DNA from: Candidatus Limnocylindria bacterium
GTDB lineage: Bacteria > Chloroflexota > Limnocylindria > P2-11E
Assembly (NCBI GenBank): GCA_035937095.1
Contig: DASYVN010000003.1
Location: 1-59,836 of the forward strand
Length of the DNA: 59,836 bases
Direction of reading: 5' to 3'
Shown piece by piece: positions 50,682 to 59,325 of the stretch (position 1 is its first letter; each line of letters begins with the position of its first letter). The notes beneath the pieces were generated by a model that was given only the letters and a program-made list of their open reading frames with translations, ran no database searches and was not told the origin of the DNA. The translations under genes were made by a program, and so were the position numbers.

Positions 50682-51122
50682 CTAATGCTTCGCGCTCGCC
50701 TCGTCCTCGCGTTCGGCGTTGCGTAGCCGTTTCGTGAGCACGGGCAGCAGGGCAAGGGCGATCTGGGGATGGCTCTCGAGGATCCCGCGGAAGTGCCAGC
50801 GCTGGATGCCGAGGCACGTGGTCGGCTCGAGCGCGCGGACCGTCGCCGAGCGCGGGAACTCGTCGAGGAGGGCCATCTCGCCGAAGACCTCGCCTTCCTT
50901 CATTTCGGCGAGCTTGCGGACATGGCCGCCGCGATCCTGGAACGCCTCCACGCGGCCCTTCTTGATGATGAAGGCGCCCACCCCGGTGTCGCCCTGGCGG
51001 ACGACGTCCTGTCCCGGTGTGTACGTCTGCTCGACGGCGGCGTTCGCGACCGCCTCGAGCGACTTGCGGTCGAGGTTCTCGAAGAGCCGCACATGCTTCA
51101 GGAATTCGACGTTGTCCGCCAT
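50682..51122 (-). CDS. Stand-alone cyclic-nucleotide-binding (CNB) domain protein
   Basis: Internal ATG 51122 gives MADNVEFLKHVRLFENLDRKSLEAV...GEVFGEMALLDEFPRSATVR. Confidence 0.85.
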   Translation of the reverse strand: MADNVEFLKHVRLFENLDRKSLEAVANAAVEQTYTPGQDVVRQGDTGVGAFIIKKGRVEAFQDRGGHVRKLAEMKEGEVFGEMALLDEFPRSATVRALEPTTCLGIQRWHFRGILESHPQIALALLPVLTKRLRNAEREDEASAKH

Positions 51123-51171
51123 GCGGCGGGAGCATAGCCGACGGCCTGACTGGCCCGATACTGGGGCGGCC

Positions 51172-52038
51172 GTGTCGTTCAAGGTCGAAACAGCGACCGA
51201 TATCGCGTCCTGTGCGCTCACCGTGCCGATCCAGGACGAGGTCTGGAGCGGCGACGTGGCCGTGCCCCCGCAGCTCATGCTCGCGATCGTCCACAACGGT
51301 GGCTTTGTCGGGTTGGGCTACGTCGACGGCGATCCACGCCCGGCCGGCTTCGTGTTCGGCTTCCTCGGGATCTACGACTACCACTTCCGTCATCACTCGC
51401 ACATGCTCGCCGTGCGTCCCGAGCACCGCGGCTCCGGCCTCGCGCTCGCGCTCAAGGAAGCGCAGCGCGATCACTGCCTCGATCAGGGCATCGAGATCAT
51501 GGCGTGGACCATGGATCCACTCGAGGCCCTCAACGCGCGGTTCAACTTCGGCAAGCTCGGCACGTACGCCCGCGAATATCACCGCGATTTCTACGGCGAG
51601 ATGCCCGACAAGCTCAACGCGGGACTCCCGTCGGACCGCTTCTACGTCGAGTGGCCCATCGGCATGGACCGCACGTACAAACGGCTGCGCGGTGAGGACC
51701 ACCCGCCGGCGCTCGAGGGCGCCGAGGCCGAGGGGGTGCGCTACCTCCTGCGTGCCGATGGCGACCGGCCGACGACGCGGGACGTCCCGAGCGGCGAGTC
51801 CCATCTCCTGGTCGAGATCCCTCCGGACTTCCAGGGCATCAAACGGCGCGACGCGTCGCTCGCGCTCGAATGGCGCACCGCCGCGCGCGGCGCGTTCGAA
51901 GGCGCGTTCGGCCAGGGCTACGCTGCCGTCGAGTTCCTGCGTGCGGCAGACGGACGAGGTGCGTACTTGCTAGTGCCGCAACCGCCTTTGAATGGGGCTC
52001 GGCCGGGGCCGGCGCAGCCGGGCCCGGCCGCACGATAA
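51172..52038 (+). CDS. GNAT-like acyltransferase (partner of the NSAR/OSBS enzyme)
   Basis: An in-frame GTG 51172 within ORF 50719..52038 gives VSFKVETATDIASC...HMLAVRPEHRGSGLALALKEAQR (GNAT motif A-like R-x-x-G-x-G/A). The upstream part of the ORF is antisense junk. Confidence 0.7.
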   Translation: MSFKVETATDIASCALTVPIQDEVWSGDVAVPPQLMLAIVHNGGFVGLGYVDGDPRPAGFVFGFLGIYDYHFRHHSHMLAVRPEHRGSGLALALKEAQRDHCLDQGIEIMAWTMDPLEALNARFNFGKLGTYAREYHRDFYGEMPDKLNAGLPSDRFYVEWPIGMDRTYKRLRGEDHPPALEGAEAEGVRYLLRADGDRPTTRDVPSGESHLLVEIPPDFQGIKRRDASLALEWRTAARGAFEGAFGQGYAAVEFLRAADGRGAYLLVPQPPLNGARPGPAQPGPAAR

Positions 52039-52044
52039 GACGGG

Positions 52045-53157
52045 ATGAAACTAGAACGGGTCGAGCTCTTCACCCTGCGGCTGCCGCTGAAGCGCGCGTA
52101 CGAGACGAGCGGCTCGCGCGAGACACACCAGACGCACGTCCTCGCCCGCGTCGAGAGCGAGGGCGCGGTGGGCTGGGGTGAGAGCGTCGCGCCGGAGCAG
52201 CCGTGGTATTCGGGTGAGACGCCGAAGACCGTCTGGTACGCCCTGGATGAGGTGATCCTGCCGCAGCTCTTGGGTGCAGAGCTCGCCGGCCCGGCCGACA
52301 CGGACGAGAAGCTCGCGTGGATCCGCGAGCACCGCATGGCCAAGGCCACGATCGAGATGGCCATCTGGGATCTCTTCGCGAAGCGCGAGGGCGTGTCGCT
52401 CTCGAAGCTGCTCGGCGGCACGCGCGCCCGCATCCGCTGCGGCGTCGCGATCGGCATCCATCCCACGATCGAATCGCTGGTCGAGACGATCGAGCACGAG
52501 CTCGCCGGCGGCTATCAGCGAGTGAAGCTCAAGATCAAACCGGGCGCCGATGGCCACGTGGCGGAAGCCGTCCGCAATCGCTTCCCCGACCTCAAGTTCA
52601 TGCTCGACGCCAATTCCGCCTACACCCTCGCCGATATCCAGCTCTTCAAACGGATCGACGCGTACCACCCGATGATGATCGAGCAACCGCTCGCGAACGA
52701 CGACATCGTCGACCACGCCGAGCTCCAAAAGGAGATCGCGACGCCGATCTGCCTCGACGAATCGATCCATACGAGCGAGGACGCTCGGAAAGCGATCGAC
52801 ATCGGGGCGACGAAGATCATCAACATCAAGGCCGGACGCGTTGGCGGCCACGCGTCGGCGAAGCGCGTCCACGACGTCTGCGCCGAGCGCAACGTGCCAG
52901 TGTGGTGCGGCGGGATGCTCGAGTTCGGGATCGGCCGCGCCCACAACGTCCATCTGGCGTCGCTTCCGAACTTCAGCCTTCCGGGCGACGTGAGCGCGTC
53001 GGAGCGCTACTTCGAGACGGAGATCATCGGTGAGCCGTTCACGGTCGCAAAGGACGGGACGATGACGGTACCGACCGGACCGGGCATCGGTGTCACCGTC
53101 CTCGAGGAGGCTATCCGGACGCTCGCGCTCCAGACGAAGGAGTATCGGCCGGGCTAG
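52045..53157 (+). CDS. Enolase-superfamily o-succinylbenzoate synthase / N-acyl(succinyl)amino acid racemase
   Basis: It has KLKIKPG (KxK), LDANSAY, MIEQP, CLDES and IKAGRVGG, the catalytic/metal ligand pattern of the OSBS/NSAR subgroup. Confidence 0.9.
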   Translation: MKLERVELFTLRLPLKRAYETSGSRETHQTHVLARVESEGAVGWGESVAPEQPWYSGETPKTVWYALDEVILPQLLGAELAGPADTDEKLAWIREHRMAKATIEMAIWDLFAKREGVSLSKLLGGTRARIRCGVAIGIHPTIESLVETIEHELAGGYQRVKLKIKPGADGHVAEAVRNRFPDLKFMLDANSAYTLADIQLFKRIDAYHPMMIEQPLANDDIVDHAELQKEIATPICLDESIHTSEDARKAIDIGATKIINIKAGRVGGHASAKRVHDVCAERNVPVWCGGMLEFGIGRAHNVHLASLPNFSLPGDVSASERYFETEIIGEPFTVAKDGTMTVPTGPGIGVTVLEEAIRTLALQTKEYRPG

Positions 53158-53626
53158 GCGCCGGCTCCGGCGGCCAGACGATCACCTCGTCGATCACCGT
53201 GCCGAACGCGTCCACCAGACGCACGTAATCGCCGCGCTCCCAGATGAGCTTCGCGGCGCCCAGCGGGCCACCCACGTACACGTGCTTCCGTCCGGACGTC
53301 AGGTCATCGGCCAGCGGGTGCATCGCCGCGCGGATCCGCGAGCCCGAGTGGATGCGATAGATCTCGCCGGCGCGCACGAACGCGGGCGAGCCCCACGTGT
53401 AGATCCACTCCCACTCGAGGGGCTTCGCGATCTCGACCTTCCACAGCGGCCGAAGATGCTGGACGCGCCAGTTGGCGATGTCGCTGTCGAGCACGACGGC
53501 GATCTCGACCCACTCGAGGTTCGCGTCATCGAGGCTCGTGCCGGCGGGTGCCTTCTTGATAGACAGGATGCGGGCCTTGTTCGCTTCGACCGGCTTGAAG
53601 TCGCTCACGAGGCCGAACGCTAGCAT
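53111..53626 (-). CDS. Small cytoplasmic lamin-tail-domain (LTD)-like protein
   Basis: Internal ATG 53626 gives ...ILSIKKAPAGTSLDDANLEWVEIAVVLDSDIANWRVQH...FVRAGEIYRIHSGS, which resembles the LTD pattern (nEfvEl.N...vdlsGW.l ... l.aGe...v.sg). Its 3' end overlaps the convergent 52045..53157 gene by 47 nt. Confidence 0.5.
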   Translation of the reverse strand: MLAFGLVSDFKPVEANKARILSIKKAPAGTSLDDANLEWVEIAVVLDSDIANWRVQHLRPLWKVEIAKPLEWEWIYTWGSPAFVRAGEIYRIHSGSRIRAAMHPLADDLTSGRKHVYVGGPLGAAKLIWERGDYVRLVDAFGTVIDEVIVWPPEPAPSPADTPSSGARASG

Positions 53627-53663
53627 CCGCACCGGAACGCGCGCACCTGACGGAGGGACGAGG

Positions 53664-54494
53664 TTGACCGAGCACACCCGCGCGCTGCTCGCGGAGATCG
53701 CGGGCACCTTCATGTTCTTCGTGATCGGCGCCGGCGCGATCGTGACGAACGTCGTGGCCGGCTCGCCGCCCACCGGGCTGCTCGCGATCGCGTTCGCGCA
53801 CGGCCTGGTGCTCGCCATCGCGGTGTCCACGTTCGGGTCTATCTCCGGCGGGCATTTCAATCCCGCCGTCACGCTCGGGCTCGCGATCGCGCGAAAGCAC
53901 CCGTGGTCGCGCGTGCTCACGTATTGGGCGGCGCAGCTCATCGGCGCGCTCCTGGCTGGACTCGCGCTCCGGCTCATCTTCGAGCCGTTCCTCGCGGCGG
54001 CGACGCAGACCCACTACGGCACGACGACCGTGAATCCGGCGATCGGCCCTGGTCTCGCGATCTTCATCGAGGCCGTGCTCACGCTGTTCGTCGTGTGGAC
54101 CGTCTTTGGCACGGCCGTCTCGCCAGATGCCCCGAAGATCGCAGGCTTCGGCATCGGCCTGATTGTCGCGGCCGACATCCTCATCGGTGGACCGCTCACC
54201 GGCGCCGCGATGAATCCCGCGCGCTGGTTCGGCCCGGCGATCGTCTCCGGATACCTGGACAACTGGTACGTGTACTGGATCGGTCCGTTGATCGGCGCGG
54301 CGCTGGCCGGGCTGTCCTACCGCTACGTGTTCGGACCGCCCGAGGAGCGCGAGCCGATCAGGTTGCCTGATCCGGCGTACGGGGTGCCGTCCTCCGGTCG
54401 TCCGGCCGCGGCTCCGCCGTACCCCGTGCGCCCGACCCCGGCTCCGCCGCCGCCGGACGAGGCCCCTTCGAACGATCGGACCGAGCGGCTCTAG
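53664..54494 (+). CDS. MIP-family channel (aquaporin/glycerol facilitator) with Pro-rich C-terminal tail
   Basis: TTG 53664 is preceded by GGAGGGA. Two NPA boxes are present (GGHFNPAVTLG and AAMNPARWFGPA). Confidence 0.9.
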   Translation: MTEHTRALLAEIAGTFMFFVIGAGAIVTNVVAGSPPTGLLAIAFAHGLVLAIAVSTFGSISGGHFNPAVTLGLAIARKHPWSRVLTYWAAQLIGALLAGLALRLIFEPFLAAATQTHYGTTTVNPAIGPGLAIFIEAVLTLFVVWTVFGTAVSPDAPKIAGFGIGLIVAADILIGGPLTGAAMNPARWFGPAIVSGYLDNWYVYWIGPLIGAALAGLSYRYVFGPPEEREPIRLPDPAYGVPSSGRPAAAPPYPVRPTPAPPPPDEAPSNDRTERL

Positions 54495-54506
54495 GCGTCG
54501 GGCGCC

Positions 54507-54878
54507 GTGCGCGAGATCACCACAGAGGGCTTCCGGGTGGGCATCCCTTTGGCCGCGTGCGTCGTCGTGCTTGCGGATGTCGGTCTGACACCGACCTTCT
54601 CCTGGGTTCCGGAGGTGCCCCTTGTTCTCATCGCCCTCGCGGTCCCAATCGCAGCGTTCAGCATCGCTGGGATGCGCGCCGGTACCCGGTCCCGCACTTG
54701 GGTCGCCGGCGCGTTGGCGGGGGCGATCACAGGAACGATCGGCGGCGCGGCCGGCGGCCTGGCTTACGTGGCGTTCGGCAAGCCGTTGCTCAACATCGCC
54801 GTAGGCACTGTCGCCGGTGCGCTTGGCGGTGCCATCGTGGGCGCGGGAAGCGCGTGGTCAACCCTCAGGCGGACGTAG
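54507..54878 (+). CDS. Hypothetical small membrane protein (Gly-rich helices)
   Basis: It has three or four hydrophobic segments (PLAACVVVLADVGL, LVLIALAVPIAAFSIAG, AGALAGAITGTIGGAAGGLAYVAF, IAVGTVAGALGGAIVGAG) and no recognisable family. Confidence 0.5.
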   Translation: MREITTEGFRVGIPLAACVVVLADVGLTPTFSWVPEVPLVLIALAVPIAAFSIAGMRAGTRSRTWVAGALAGAITGTIGGAAGGLAYVAFGKPLLNIAVGTVAGALGGAIVGAGSAWSTLRRT

Positions 54879-55041
54879 GGGCCGTCGTTCGCGTTCCCAG
54901 CACGACCATTTCAATCAGTCGGGACAATCGGCATCACGGAAAATCCGAATGCGGGGGACCCAATGACCGGCGGACGTGCTGACTGCGGCGTGCAGATGGC
55001 TACAGATCGGGCGACGCGCGGGGAGAATCTCCCCACGTCTC

Positions 55042-55075
55042 GGTGAGGGGCGAGGGATTCGAACCTTCGACCAAG
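55042..55075 (-). other. tRNA 3'-end remnant (T-arm + acceptor 3' strand), probable displaced att-site half
   Basis: The minus strand reads GGTCGAAGGTTCGAATCCCTCGCCCCTCACC: a TGGTC-like variable end, a T-stem/TTCGAAT loop with one stem mismatch, and a 7-nt acceptor strand. There is no matching 5' acceptor strand or anticodon stem upstream. A hairpin GGGGAG-AAT-CTCCCC (55021-55035) lies just 3' of it. Confidence 0.5.
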
Positions 55076-55268
55076 GGACTAGAAGTTTGCCGCTAGCGTC
55101 CGACACGATCCGCGACTGTCCACCAGGTTGACAACTAGGGCCGTTCCGGTACGCCACCCGCTGGAACCTGCACGCGGGCGCGGGCCAGCTCCACCAGAAC
55201 GTCGCCGGACCGATCGCCAATGCGCCGATCATCGGCAGGCCTGCAAAGCGTCGGGACGCCTCTGGGCG

Positions 55269-58200
55269 TTAGGTGGCGATCGGCGCCGGCCCGCCCACCG
55301 GGATCGCGAAGCTGAATGTGCTTCCCCTGCCGGGCGCGCTCTCGACCCACATCCGGCCGCCGTGGAGCTCGATGAATCGCTTGGCCAAGGTGAGGCCGAG
55401 GCCGGTGCCCTCGCGGGACCGATCGCTCGGCTTGCCGACCTGCTGGAACTCGTCGAAGACCTTGGGCTGATCCTCCGGGGCGATGCCGATGCCGGTGTCG
55501 CGGACCGCCACCTGGACCTCGCCGTCGCCTCGCCCCGCACGCACGCCGATCGTGCCCCCGTCGGGGGTGAACTTTACCGCGTTGGACAGCAGGTTGAGGA
55601 GCACCTGGCGGATCTTGCGCTCGTCAGCGACGACCGTCCCGAGGTCAGTGGGGACATCCGCTGTGAGCGCGATCCGGTGGCTGGCCGCGCGCTCGCGGAC
55701 GAAGGCGAGGGCCCCATGGATCGTCTCGGCCAAGCCGAACTCGCTCGGCTCGAGCTCCATCCGCCCGGCCTCGACCTTCGAAAGGTCGAGGATCTCGTTC
55801 ACGAGGTCCAGGAGATGGCGGCCGGAGCTGGCGATGTCCCGGGTGTAGTCGGCCTGGCGCTCGTTCAGCTCGCCGAACAGCCGCTGCTCGAGGACGTCGG
55901 AGAACCCGATGATCGCATTCAGCGGCGTCCGGAGCTCGTGGCTCATGTTCGCCATGAACTCGCTCTTGTGCCGGCTGGCCGCCTCAAGCTGCCGCGACTT
56001 ATCCTGGATCTCGTTGAGCAGGCGGGTGTTCTCGATCGCGATCACCGCTTGATCGGCGAAGCTCACGACGAGCTCGATCTCCTTCGCGGTGAAGAGCTTG
56101 ACCTCCTGGCGCCCGATCACAAGCACGCCGATCGGCACGCCCTCGCGAAGGAGCGGCACGCCAAGGCGCGTGCGAATGTTCACGTTGTCGGGGGGAATCG
56201 ACCGATAGCGGGGATCGGTCTGCACGTCCTCGACCTGGTCCGGCCGGCCTGACCGCGCCGCGCGTGCGACGACCCCCTCGCTCTGGTCCGGCCGGACCGT
56301 GATCCGTCGCAGAGTCTCCCTCGCCGCTTCGTCTGGGTTCGAAGTCGCGGCGAATCGGTACTCCTCGCCCTCCAGCCGCCAGATCGTGCCCACGGAGCCG
56401 TTTGTGAGTTTCGTCGCACTCTCGATGACCGTGTCGAGGACCCGCTGCAGATCGAACGCCGAACGGCTGATGACCTTGAGGACCTCGCCCGTCGCCGTCT
56501 GCCTCTCGAGCGCCTCCTTCGTCTCGTTGAACAGCCGAACGTTCTCGATCGCGATCACCGCCTGGGACGCGAACGTTTCGACGAGCGTGATCTGCTGCGT
56601 CGTGAAGGGCCCCGGCTCGCGACGGCGGAGCTGAACGACCCCGATCGCCCGTCCATCCTTCAGTAAGGGCGCGGCGAGGAAACCGCGGTATCCATGTTCC
56701 TTCGCGAACGCCTTCCCTTCGCCGTACTCCTCGTCGCTGAGCGCCTCCATGTCCGGTGCATGGAAGGTCCGGCCGCTGGCGAGGACGTGGGCGGTCACCG
56801 AAGGCGAGCTCACCGGGAACGAGGTGAACGACCACGCGATCGGTCCGTGATGCGCAATCAGGACGAGCTCGTCGCCGCGCACGAGCCCCACCCCCGCGTC
56901 CTCGGCGCCGCAGAACAGCGCGGCGCTCTTGGCGATCGTGTCTAGCACCGGCTGGATGTCCGTCGGCGAGCTGGAGATCACCCGGAGGATCTCGCCGATG
57001 GCGGTCTGCTGCTCGAGGGCCTCCTTCGTCTCGTTGAACAGCCGGACGTTCTCTATCGCGATCACGGCTTGGTCGGCAAAGGATTGCACGAGCGCGATCT
57101 CCCGATCGTTGAAGGGCTTGACCTCCGTCCGCCGCAGGGACAACACGCCGATGGCAACCCCGTCGCGCAGGAGCGGCACGCCGAGGATCGTGCGAGTGCC
57201 TTGCGCCCGGGTGAGCTCGAGCCACTTCGGGCTCGCAGCAGGGTCAGCGAGGGCATCGGCGACTTGGACCGGTCCAAGCGCCCGAGCCGTGCGCGCGGCG
57301 ATCGACGTGCCGGTCGCAACGGAGCTGACCAGGTCCAGCTGCGTCGCCCGGAGCTCCGCGGTCAACCCGTACGCCGCGATCGACCGATAGTTGTCGCCTT
57401 CGAGACCGAAAATCACGCCACTTCGCGCGTTGGACAGCCGCGCAGCAGTTTCGATGAGGGCCTCGAGCACCGGCGCGAGGTCGAAGGTTGAGCGGCTGAT
57501 GACCCTGAGCACGTCGGCAGTCGCGGTCTGCCGCTCGAGTGCCTCTTTCGTCTCGTTGAACAAACGCACATTCTCGATCGCGATGACCGCCTGATCAGCG
57601 AACGCCCGAACAAGATCGACCTGATGCTCGGTGAACGGTCGGACCTCTGTGCGCCGCAGGAGGACCGCGCCGAGCGCAACGCCCTCCCTGAGCAGCGGCG
57701 CCGCGAGCGTCGTCCGATGGCCTAACCGCTGGGCGAGCTCACGGCCGACGGGATACTCCTCCTGCTCCGCGAGGAGGTCCTGGACCTGGATGGTGCGCTG
57801 CTCGACGATCGACCGGCCCACCACGCTCCTGCGGTCGACCGGCACCTCATGAACGCCCGACACCGAGATCTCGCCCTCGTGCGCCGCCACGTAGAACCGT
57901 GCCTCGCGGACGAGGGCGATCGTGGCGTCTTCGGCGGCGCAGAACTTCGCGGCGCTTGCAGCGATCGCGTCAAGGACCGGCTGCACGTCCGTCGGCGACT
58001 GAGAGATCGCGCGCAGGATGCTGGCGATAGCGGTCTGCCGCTCGAGGGCTTCCTTCGTCTCGTTGAACAGCCGCACGTTCTCGATCGCGATGACCGCCTG
58101 ATCGGCGAACGTTCGCAGCAGATCGATCTGCTTCTCGGTGAATGCCCGCGGCTCGCGTCTCCGCAGGGAGATCGTTCCGATCGCGGAGCCTTCACGAAGG

Positions 58201-59132
58201 AGCGGCGCGGTAAGGCCGGCTCGGCCCCCGACTGCGCGCATGGCCGCTGCCCCGCGCGGGTACTGATCGGCCTCGGCAAGGATGTCCGGTGTATGCAGGA
58301 CCCGGCCTTCCATAAAGGCACGACCGTTGAGCGATGTTCCATCGATCGGCAAACCGCGGCTCGTCCTACCGCTCGGCCGGAGCGGTACGGGGCCGAAGTG
58401 GGCGACCGCGCGAAGGAGCGGTCCATCAGGGAGCATCACGGTGGCGTCCTCGGCCTGGCAGTAGCGAGCGGCGTTCTCAGCGATCGCGTCAAGTACAGGC
58501 TGGATCTCCGTCGGCGAGCGCGAAATGACCCGGAGGATCTCGCTGATCGCCGTCTGCCGCTCCAGCGACCCCTTCGTCTCGTTGAAGAGGCGCACGTTCT
58601 CGATCGCGATCACGGCCTGGGCGGCGAAGGTCTGCAGCAGCTCGATCTGCTTCGGCGTGAACGGCCGAACCTCGGTCCGCCGGATCGCGATGCCGCCGAT
58701 GGCCACGCCGTCCCGCAGCAGCGGCATCGATAGTGCGGTCCGGTGGCCCCAGCGACGCTGCAGTTGCACGCTGATCGGATACTCGGTGGGATCAAGGTCG
58801 GTGGCCGCGTCGCGGGTGTGGATTGCCAGCCGATCGACGATGCACCGTCCGATGACCGATTCGCGGTTCAGCGGCAGCGACTCATCCGGTTCCAATCCTG
58901 GGATCGGGCCGAAGTGGGCCGCCTGCCTCAGGACGTCCCCGTCCACGCGGTAGACGTGCGCGTCGCTCGCTCCGCACACCCGTGCGGCGTTCTGGGCGAT
59001 GGCGTCGAGCACGGGTTGGACGTCGGTCGGCGAAGTGGCGATGACCTTCAGAATGTCGCTCGTCGCGGTTTGCTGCTCGAGCGCCTCGCGTAACTCCTGC
59101 CGCGTGGCCTCGAGTTCATTGGGCAGGTCCAC
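55269..59132 (-). CDS. Cytoplasmic sensor histidine kinase with six tandem GAF domains + HisKA + HATPase_c
   Basis: The unit ...LERQTA.(S/A)(D/E)(I/V)L(K/R)VIS(R/S)SP.D(I/V)QPVLD.IA..A...C.A..A....... ...LG.RT.L..PLLR.G..IG.(I/L).LRR.EVRPFT..QI.L...FA.QAVIAIENVRLFNETKEALE occurs six times. The H-box FMANMSHELRTPLNAIIGF and the N/G boxes follow. Start is GTG 59132 or the upstream track start 59219. Confidence 0.9.
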   Translation of the reverse strand: MDLPNELEATRQELREALEQQTATSDILKVIATSPTDVQPVLDAIAQNAARVCGASDAHVYRVDGDVLRQAAHFGPIPGLEPDESLPLNRESVIGRCIVDRLAIHTRDAATDLDPTEYPISVQLQRRWGHRTALSMPLLRDGVAIGGIAIRRTEVRPFTPKQIELLQTFAAQAVIAIENVRLFNETKGSLERQTAISEILRVISRSPTEIQPVLDAIAENAARYCQAEDATVMLPDGPLLRAVAHFGPVPLRPSGRTSRGLPIDGTSLNGRAFMEGRVLHTPDILAEADQYPRGAAAMRAVGGRAGLTAPLLREGSAIGTISLRRREPRAFTEKQIDLLRTFADQAVIAIENVRLFNETKEALERQTAIASILRAISQSPTDVQPVLDAIAASAAKFCAAEDATIALVREARFYVAAHEGEISVSGVHEVPVDRRSVVGRSIVEQRTIQVQDLLAEQEEYPVGRELAQRLGHRTTLAAPLLREGVALGAVLLRRTEVRPFTEHQVDLVRAFADQAVIAIENVRLFNETKEALERQTATADVLRVISRSTFDLAPVLEALIETAARLSNARSGVIFGLEGDNYRSIAAYGLTAELRATQLDLVSSVATGTSIAARTARALGPVQVADALADPAASPKWLELTRAQGTRTILGVPLLRDGVAIGVLSLRRTEVKPFNDREIALVQSFADQAVIAIENVRLFNETKEALEQQTAIGEILRVISSSPTDIQPVLDTIAKSAALFCGAEDAGVGLVRGDELVLIAHHGPIAWSFTSFPVSSPSVTAHVLASGRTFHAPDMEALSDEEYGEGKAFAKEHGYRGFLAAPLLKDGRAIGVVQLRRREPGPFTTQQITLVETFASQAVIAIENVRLFNETKEALERQTATGEVLKVISRSAFDLQRVLDTVIESATKLTNGSVGTIWRLEGEEYRFAATSNPDEAARETLRRITVRPDQSEGVVARAARSGRPDQVEDVQTDPRYRSIPPDNVNIRTRLGVPLLREGVPIGVLVIGRQEVKLFTAKEIELVVSFADQAVIAIENTRLLNEIQDKSRQLEAASRHKSEFMANMSHELRTPLNAIIGFSDVLEQRLFGELNERQADYTRDIASSGRHLLDLVNEILDLSKVEAGRMELEPSEFGLAETIHGALAFVRERAASHRIALTADVPTDLGTVVADERKIRQVLLNLLSNAVKFTPDGGTIGVRAGRGDGEVQVAVRDTGIGIAPEDQPKVFDEFQQVGKPSDRSREGTGLGLTLAKRFIELHGGRMWVESAPGRGSTFSFAIPVGGPAPIAT
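56028..58616. repeat. Six about 510-520-bp tandem coding repeats (GAF units) sharing an about 70-nt near-identical junction block
   Basis: The core (G/A)TTCTCGATCGCGAT(C/G)AC(C/G)GC occurs at 56028, 56541, 57048, 57570, 58077 and 58596, at spacings of 513/507/522/507/519 nt. Each is embedded in ...CTCGAG.GCCTCCTTCGTCTCGTTGAACAGCCG.ACGTTCTCGATCGCGATCACCGCCTGATCGGCGAA. Confidence 0.85.
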
Positions 59133-59325
59133 GTTCGAACTCGACGGCGGTCGGGAAGGCCGCGAAGGTCGCGTCGATCCAGGCCTGCCGGGCCGCCTCG
59201 GCGCGCTTCCGCTTTCCACCGCTGCGCGCAGTATCGTCCGGCCCGCAAGTCACGCTTTGGTGAAGTGATCGGGAGAGCCCCTCTCGGATAACTAGACATC
59301 CTCTGGCAGGAGATCGGGGGCTTGA

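Noticed and set aside
50569-51804. 411-aa minus-strand ORF spanning the CNB genes and the GNAT gene
   Set aside because: It crosses a divergent intergenic region and overlaps three motif-supported genes. It is a shadow frame.
55042-55128. Intact tRNA gene on the minus strand
   Set aside because: I tried to fold it and found only a T-arm (with one mismatch) and the acceptor 3' strand. No complementary 5' acceptor strand (GAGGGGC) is present. The would-be anticodon stem (GCAAA/TCCCT) does not pair, and no D-arm is recognisable. It is reported only as a remnant.
55127-55132. Consensus TTGACA -35 box downstream of the kinase gene
   Set aside because: No acceptable -10 element lies at 16-19 nt, and it would drive transcription antisense into the kinase gene. 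It is probably chance.
56028-58616. CRISPR-like or non-coding tandem array
   Set aside because: The period is about 510-520 bp, and the repeats are in frame and encode GAF domains of one long ORF. There is no short repeat/spacer structure anywhere in the window.
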